Origin: Octopus vulgaris
Taxonomy: Eukaryota
Length of the DNA stretch: 64,000 nt
Direction: 5' to 3'
NCBI GenBank assembly: GCA_951406725.2
Contig: OX597831.1
Span: 40,982,001 to 41,046,000, forward strand
Program-made: the position numbers and the translations under genes
Shown: positions 55,115 to 64,000 of the stretch, piece after piece
Numbering within the stretch: position 1 is the first letter of the stretch
How the letters are laid out: each line of letters starts with the position of its first letter
Notes under the pieces: model-generated
What the model was told of the DNA's origin: nothing
What the model saw: the letters and a program-made list of their open reading frames with translations, nothing else
The model's database searches: none

Positions 55115-55482
55115 CTGGCACTCCGTCGGTTACGACGACGAGGGTTCCAGTTGATCCGATCAACGGAACAGCCTGCTCGTGAAATTAACGTGCAAGTGCC
55201 TGAGCACTCCACAGACACCTGTACCCTTAACGTAGTTCTCGGGGAAATTCAGCGTGACACAGAGTATGACAAGGCTGGTCCTTTGAAATACAGGTACAAC
55301 AGAAACAGGAAGAAGGAATGAGAGAAAGTGGTGGTGAAAGAGTACAACATGGTTCGCCACCACCTCCTGCCGGAGCCTTGTGGAGCTTTAGGTGTTTTCG
55401 CTCAATAAACACTCGCAACGCCCGGTCTGGGAATCGAAACAGCGAGAGTCCACTGCCTTAACCACTAGGCCATTGTGCCTCC
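55115..55482 (-). mobile_element. SINE family B1, full length
   Basis: Reverse-complement match to 32116-32498. Confidence 0.88.
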
Positions 55483-55505
55483 CCAATATATATATATATA
55501 TATAC

Positions 55506-55543
<38 letters not shown>

Positions 55544-55617
55544 AAACTAGAAAAAAAAAATATATATATATACACACACACATACATACATATATATATT
55601 TATATATGTGCATATGC

Positions 55618-55668
<51 letters not shown>

Positions 55669-56099
55669 CACATATGTAGGTGTATAAACGCGCGCGCATT
55701 CACACCTACGTACATACACAAACACAGAATAACAATAATGTTAACGAACACACGAAAAAGCGTACAAAACCTCAAAGGAATCTATTTGGTTTTACGTTTA
55801 AAGGACAGAAATTGAAACTAGCAGACAGATGATAACTGGCAAGACAAGATAGGATGATCAGAGGGTGTTCTGTTCGTTACAAGCATGTTTTACATAGAAA
55901 AGAGACAGTTTATTGTTAGCTAATAATATCTTCATTATTTATTAATACATGTTGAAGTGGGTGCGTTCCATAATAGATAGATAAATATATACGTACATAC
56001 ATACGTAAACACACAGACATATCTATCCATTTATCTCTCTACCTGTCTATCCGTCTGTCTATCTATCTATCTATCTATCTATCTGTCTATTTATCTCTC

Positions 56100-56146
<47 letters not shown>

Positions 56147-56241
56147 ATATATGTATATATATATATATATATATGTACGTATATATATATGTATGTATAT
56201 ATATATGCATATGTATATATATATGCATATATATATATATG

Positions 56242-56278
<37 letters not shown>

Positions 56279-56304
56279 ATGGATATACAAATATATATAC
56301 AAAC

Positions 56305-56356
<52 letters not shown>

Positions 56357-56765
56357 TTAGATAGATAGATAAAATTTACTTGCAAAAGCATGCGTGGCGT
56401 TCGATCATATAATAATATAAATAATATATAAATATATGCATATATACATACATTTATGTACATACCTACATATATATGTATATATACATGCATATATGGG
56501 TACAGGACATCATAGAAAACGTTGAACACAATGAGAAATGAAAACATAAAAACAAAAACAGAAAACAAACCTTTTTTTCAAAAAGCGACACAAATACAAG
56601 CAGAGAAATGAGACATGCAACATAAAGAATATTCCCCTTCATCAGTTGTCCCTGTTTCATCTACTCCGCTTTTAGAAGGCAAGGACAATACGCGACTTCT
56701 TCGAAACGGAAAAGAAGCCCTTTTGATACATATATGTATCTTTTGATACATATATGTATCTTTTG

Positions 56766-56824
<59 letters not shown>

Positions 56825-56967
56825 TAGTTGAATGAATTATCTTATTAAGGATAATTCGAAAGATAACCGATACCTGGGTAGCAAATTCACATCAGAAAGA
56901 ACACGGTTGAAGCTACGTCCCTAGGACATAGACTACGTGTCTTCGTGCGGAAATTTGTATGTTTATT

Positions 56968-57262
56968 TTAAAATTATAAGTATATGAAAGAATGGAGTTG
57001 AACGACTAGTTAACAAATATCCTTTATTCTCGACATATGTTTCGGAGGCTGCATATTCCTAATTCCGAAGGAATCGCCATGGTTTTTTGTTTTTTGTGCA
57101 TTTTGATGTCGACATAAGTTCCTTGATTTTCCTGATGAGAAATCTGCATAATGTACTCCTTATTCTTTCGGAATTAGGAATATGCAGCCTTCGAAACATA
57201 TGTCGAGAATAAAGGATATTTGTTAACTAGTCGTTCAACTCCATTCTTTCATATACTTATAA

Positions 57263-57268
<6 letters not shown>
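56968..57268. repeat. inverted repeat (~105-bp arms) containing a hammerhead ribozyme
   Basis: ttaaaattataagtatatgaaagaatggagttgaacgactag...aattccgaaggaat and its reverse complement; ends in (TA)n. Confidence 0.92.
57127..57209 (+). ncRNA. hammerhead ribozyme, canonical core with extended stem II
   Basis: TTTTC-CTGATGA-GAA-at-CTGCATA...TATGCAG-cc-TTC-GAAAC-ATAT-GTC-GAGAA; G10.1-C11.1 pair intact, GUC triplet, palindromic loop III. Confidence 0.82.
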
Positions 57269-57319
<51 letters not shown>

Positions 57320-57630
57320 TAAATTTTCATTAATATTTAGCAAAACATAACACGAAAGCTTTCGAGAAAGTGTGAATGTGTGCAGATAAATGTAAGTTTC
57401 AAACACCACCGTATGTGTATATATTTCCTTATCCAACCATACATATGTATACATAAATATGCATACATATATAGCTATATACACACACACATATATATAC
57501 ACACTCTCATACATACATATATGTCCAATCATACATGTATATGTGTATATATATATATATACATATATACACGTATATATATATTCACAAACATACATAT
57601 ATATATGTATATATATACACCTATATACAC

Positions 57631-57673
<43 letters not shown>

Positions 57674-59202
57674 CTATATATACATACATATATCCAACTA
57701 TGCATATTTATATATATATATATACACGTGTATGTGCTTATCTGTATGTATGCATACATACATCTATATATGTATGCGTGAAAGTGTATACATATACATG
57801 TAGGTTAGATAACTAAATTAGATCATAAAAATTAATTCAACAGGAAGAATATACAGTATAAAGAAACACAATATAATGCATTAACTAAATACACCATAGT
57901 CATAGTAGGAAATAATTATCACATATACATCGTAAAAGAAAGCGAAGTATATATCAGAACAACTAACCATAAACTACATCTAGTAAATTAGAAAAAAACA
58001 AATGGCACTCGAAAAGCAGAAAACAGTTTGCGATGAACATGTCGAACATTAAATTTATGAGTCATTTTATCTAGTGGTAAACAACAAGATTCAGACTGTT
58101 AAGCAGGACACACAAGTACAACACTTTCTCGTCGATTAACCATGCATCTGCATGAAGGAAGCGTTACAAGATATTACGATACTGACACCGAAATAGAACT
58201 TCGTAGGAAAAAAGAAAACACTAGTCGTTAGTATTATTATTGGGAAAATACAAATTAAATATCAACATACTTAAAATCAAGAGGCATATATGCCATAAAC
58301 TATGATGGTAAGCCATTGGTTGTTAAACACTGTTAAATTCGTAGTGACGGCTTTATTTCTAATAAAAGCATTCGTTTGAGACTTTGCTGTTTCCTCAATT
58401 TACAGGTGAGTACATACATACATACATGCATACATACATACATACATACATACATACACACATACATACATACATACATACATACATACATACATACATA
58501 CATACATACATACATACATACATACATAAGCATGTGTGTATGCATATATATATATATATATATAAACATATACAAAATCTGTACAAACATGTAGAGTGTG
58601 TGTATACACATACACACACTACATATATATGTAAACATATATACATAAAGATATATATTCATATACACACACACACGTACACACACACACACACACGCAC
58701 ACACACACATACTTGCAGACACAAACAAACACACGCACGTACGTTCATATATATATGTGTGTGTGTGAGTGTGTTTCTATTTGTGTATATGAGTGTGTGT
58801 ATTTGTGTATATATATATGTGTGTGTGTCTGAGTGTGCGTTTGTATTTGTGTGTATGTATGTGCATTTGCGTGTAGATATATATGTGTTTGAGTGTGTGT
58901 TTGTGTTTGTGTATGTGTGTGTTTGCGCGTTCATGTGTGCTCGTGTCCTGTTGGGAAAGATTTTTTTTAATGTAAATGATGTTGATATCAGATATTATAA
59001 GCACCTATGTCAAATTGCTACTTATAATGTCTAACACATGTATTTATACAACAACGAAAGAAAAATATTTTGGCAGGAACGAACAGACATTATTCCTGAG
59101 AATGTGGAAGGCAATGCATAAACATATTTTTCTGTGATACAATAAAGATATCGGGAAAATAATAAAGGAGAGTAAATATGTACATGTGTGCGTATGTGTG
59201 TA

Positions 59203-59263
<61 letters not shown>

Positions 59264-59740
59264 ATGTTGAACATACACACACACACATATACATATCTAT
59301 AACTAGTTCGATAAGTGCCAACGCACGAAACTCTGGGACCTTCAGTCACTCTGTTGCTTTTGCTAAATATTAATGAAAATTTAAGATATATATATATATT
59401 ATATCTATATAAATATATATATAGAACTATACGCATCCGCACATACATGTATATATATGTGTGTGTGTGTGTGTTTATGTGTGGATGCGTGGGCGCGTGC
59501 ATGTGTACGCGTGTGTTATTGGGCATGATTTTTAATGTAATTAATGTTGATAGCAGACACTATACGCACCTATGTAAAATTGCTGCTTATAGTGTATACA
59601 TATATATATATATATATATATACATATATATATACTTATAAAAATATGCACTAATAATTGTACATATATATATATATATATATACAATTATTTGTGCATA
59701 TAAGTGTATGTGTGTGAGTGCGCGTGTGTGTGGGTGGGTG

Positions 59741-59776
<36 letters not shown>

Positions 59777-60145
59777 CGTGCGTGTGTCTTTTGCATTTTG
59801 AAGTCAGTAGATAACATAGTCATATCCTCTAGTTGGAATTACGTTCCGTTTATTTGAAAATATACCACGATTGAGTTTGCTTTTTAACATTTTTTTCATC
59901 GATAAAATAAGCTTTTACCGTAATACTGGAAAAGATACTGCAGCTATTATGCCTAGAACAGAGTCAGTTTTCTAGTTCTCTTGGGGTTATGATTGAAAAT
60001 TGTTACTAATTAGCGTTTCTTTATTTCTTAAATTATTAACTGTTTTATACGTTTTATAGTAAGTACGATACAATAAATTTGATGTATACAAATAGTATGA
60101 ATTAAGCTGCAACCCTAGAGACGTTTTATTTAGTTTTAAGCACAT

Positions 60146-62294
<2,149 letters not shown>

Positions 62295-62317
62295 GGACAC
62301 ATACAAACCCACTTCAG

Positions 62318-62358
<41 letters not shown>

Positions 62359-62537
62359 TGTGTGTATGTGTTGATAGCTAGATAGATTCGTGAACATACA
62401 CATGTATCGCTTCTATCAATTAAACCGTTCTAAGGACGAACTTCTTGGAAGTTGGTAACCGATATGGCCGGAGTCCAATACATACATAAATAAATATACA
62501 CACACACACATAATTATGTATTACTTTATCTCTTATA

Positions 62538-62584
<47 letters not shown>

Positions 62585-62643
62585 GCATACATATATATAC
62601 ATATATGTATGCATATATGTGTGTGTTTGTGTATGAATATACA

Positions 62644-62687
<44 letters not shown>

Positions 62688-62772
62688 AGGTGTATATTCA
62701 TACACAAACACACATACGTGCATACATATATATATATGCTTGTATATGTATATATATATGTATATATATGTT

Positions 62773-62835
<63 letters not shown>

Positions 62836-63133
62836 ATATAGAGCGCCACGCATCCACTTCCAAGTAAGTTTTATATATATATATATACTTTATTCTTTTA
62901 CTGTTTTACTGGCTTCAACTATTGGACGGCAGCCATGTGGGTCAGCTCTTTTGAAGGGATTTTAGTCGATTTAAACTAAATATATTTTTCAATAAATATG
63001 CATTTGTAAAAAGAAAAAAATAACAATCAGTTCTACTATATATATCTCAGTCATCAGTCCATCAGCACGACTAGCACCGTTACCATGACTACCACTACCA
63101 CAACGACCTCCAAATTAACAACAGCAATAGTAA

Positions 63134-63395
63134 AGACCCCCTTCGGTCATGAGTGACCATGGGTTTGCACCTAGAGAGTTACCCTCTGAGGCACAAGTCT
63201 GGGCAAGGTTGTTTTTTATGGAAGACCAGTAGTCGCCCATGCATACCAGCCTCCCCTCTCCACGCCACCAGTGTTATCCAAGGGAAAGACAAAGGTCGAT
63301 ACAGCTTGGCACCCGTGACGTCGCAACTCATTTCTACAGCTGAGTGAACTGGAGCAACGTGAAATAAAGTGTCTTGCTCAAGAACACAACACGCA
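63134..63395 (-). mobile_element. SINE with CORE-like body and RTE-like tail (head truncated)
   Basis: Minus strand GTGTTCTTGAGCAAGACACTTTATTTCAC...CCATGGTCACTCATGACCGAAGGGGG. The tail segment recurs at about 9163-9235. Confidence 0.65.
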
Positions 63396-63620
63396 ATAGT
63401 AATAATACATTAAAAGAAGGCAAACATAAATACTTTACAGCGCTAAGAAAAAGAAAGAAGAAAAAAGTGATAGCAATGGGGTCCTCCTGATAGGGAAGGC
63501 CTCTAGGGATAATCGAGAAACCCCACCATCCAAGATCAACTTGAATGCCAAGGATAAGTGTCCTTTCCAACTCCTTTTCTCCGACTCATGGGTCTACACT
63601 TAGAGCGGTACTATCCACTA

Positions 63621-63833
63621 TTACTCTTTTACTTGTGTCAGTCATTTGACTGCGGCCATGCTGGAGCACCGCCTTTAGTCGAACAAATCGACCCCGGGAT
63701 TTATTCTTTGTAAGCCCAGTACTTATTCTATCGGTCTCTCTTTTGCCGAACCGCTAAGTGACGGGGACGTAAACACACTAGCATCGGTTGTCAAGCAATG
63801 CTAGGAGGTCAAACACAGACACACAAACACACT

Positions 63834-63885
<52 letters not shown>

Positions 63886-64000
63886 TACGACAGGCTTCTT
63901 TCGGTTTCCGTCTACCAAATCCACTCACAAGGCATTGGTTGGCCCGGGGCTATAGCAGAAGACACTTGCCCAAGATGCCACGCAGTGGGACTGGAACCCG
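63621..64000 (-). mobile_element. SINE family A (runs off the window end)
   Basis: Family A homology. Confidence 0.9.

Noticed and set aside
56630-56660. Hammerhead at minus-strand CTGATGAAGGGG
   Set aside because: No downstream GAAA or stem III; at most a remnant.

Overview
Eukaryotic, AT-rich, extremely microsatellite-dense DNA made almost entirely of transposable elements and simple repeats. The SINE and microsatellite make-up suggests an octopus or other coleoid cephalopod (inference). No host gene can be identified with confidence; one weak exon candidate lies at about 4164-4334. Nearly all ORFs in the track are translated microsatellite. Recognisable content: three Penelope-like retroelements (RT + GIY-YIG), a full-length decayed mariner, a mariner deletion derivative, three hAT elements, a probable non-autonomous Helitron, RTE, CR1-like and R4/Dong LINE fragments, about 20 copies of one tRNA-derived SINE plus other SINE families, foldback elements (one with telomeric repeats) and an 86-bp minisatellite. 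The most notable signal, read by eye, is about 11 hammerhead-ribozyme motifs, several with canonical cores and some with very long stem II. They sit in short modules embedded in (TA)n tracts, and some lie inside long near-perfect palindromes that would sequester the ribozyme. One ribozyme module forms a 284-bp tandem dimer resembling a retrozyme, and its 5' part has expanded into the octamer-bearing minisatellite. Different retroelement classes appear to occupy different microsatellites: (TA)n, (TAA)n and (TATC)n. Coordinates were read manually and repeat boundaries are approximate.
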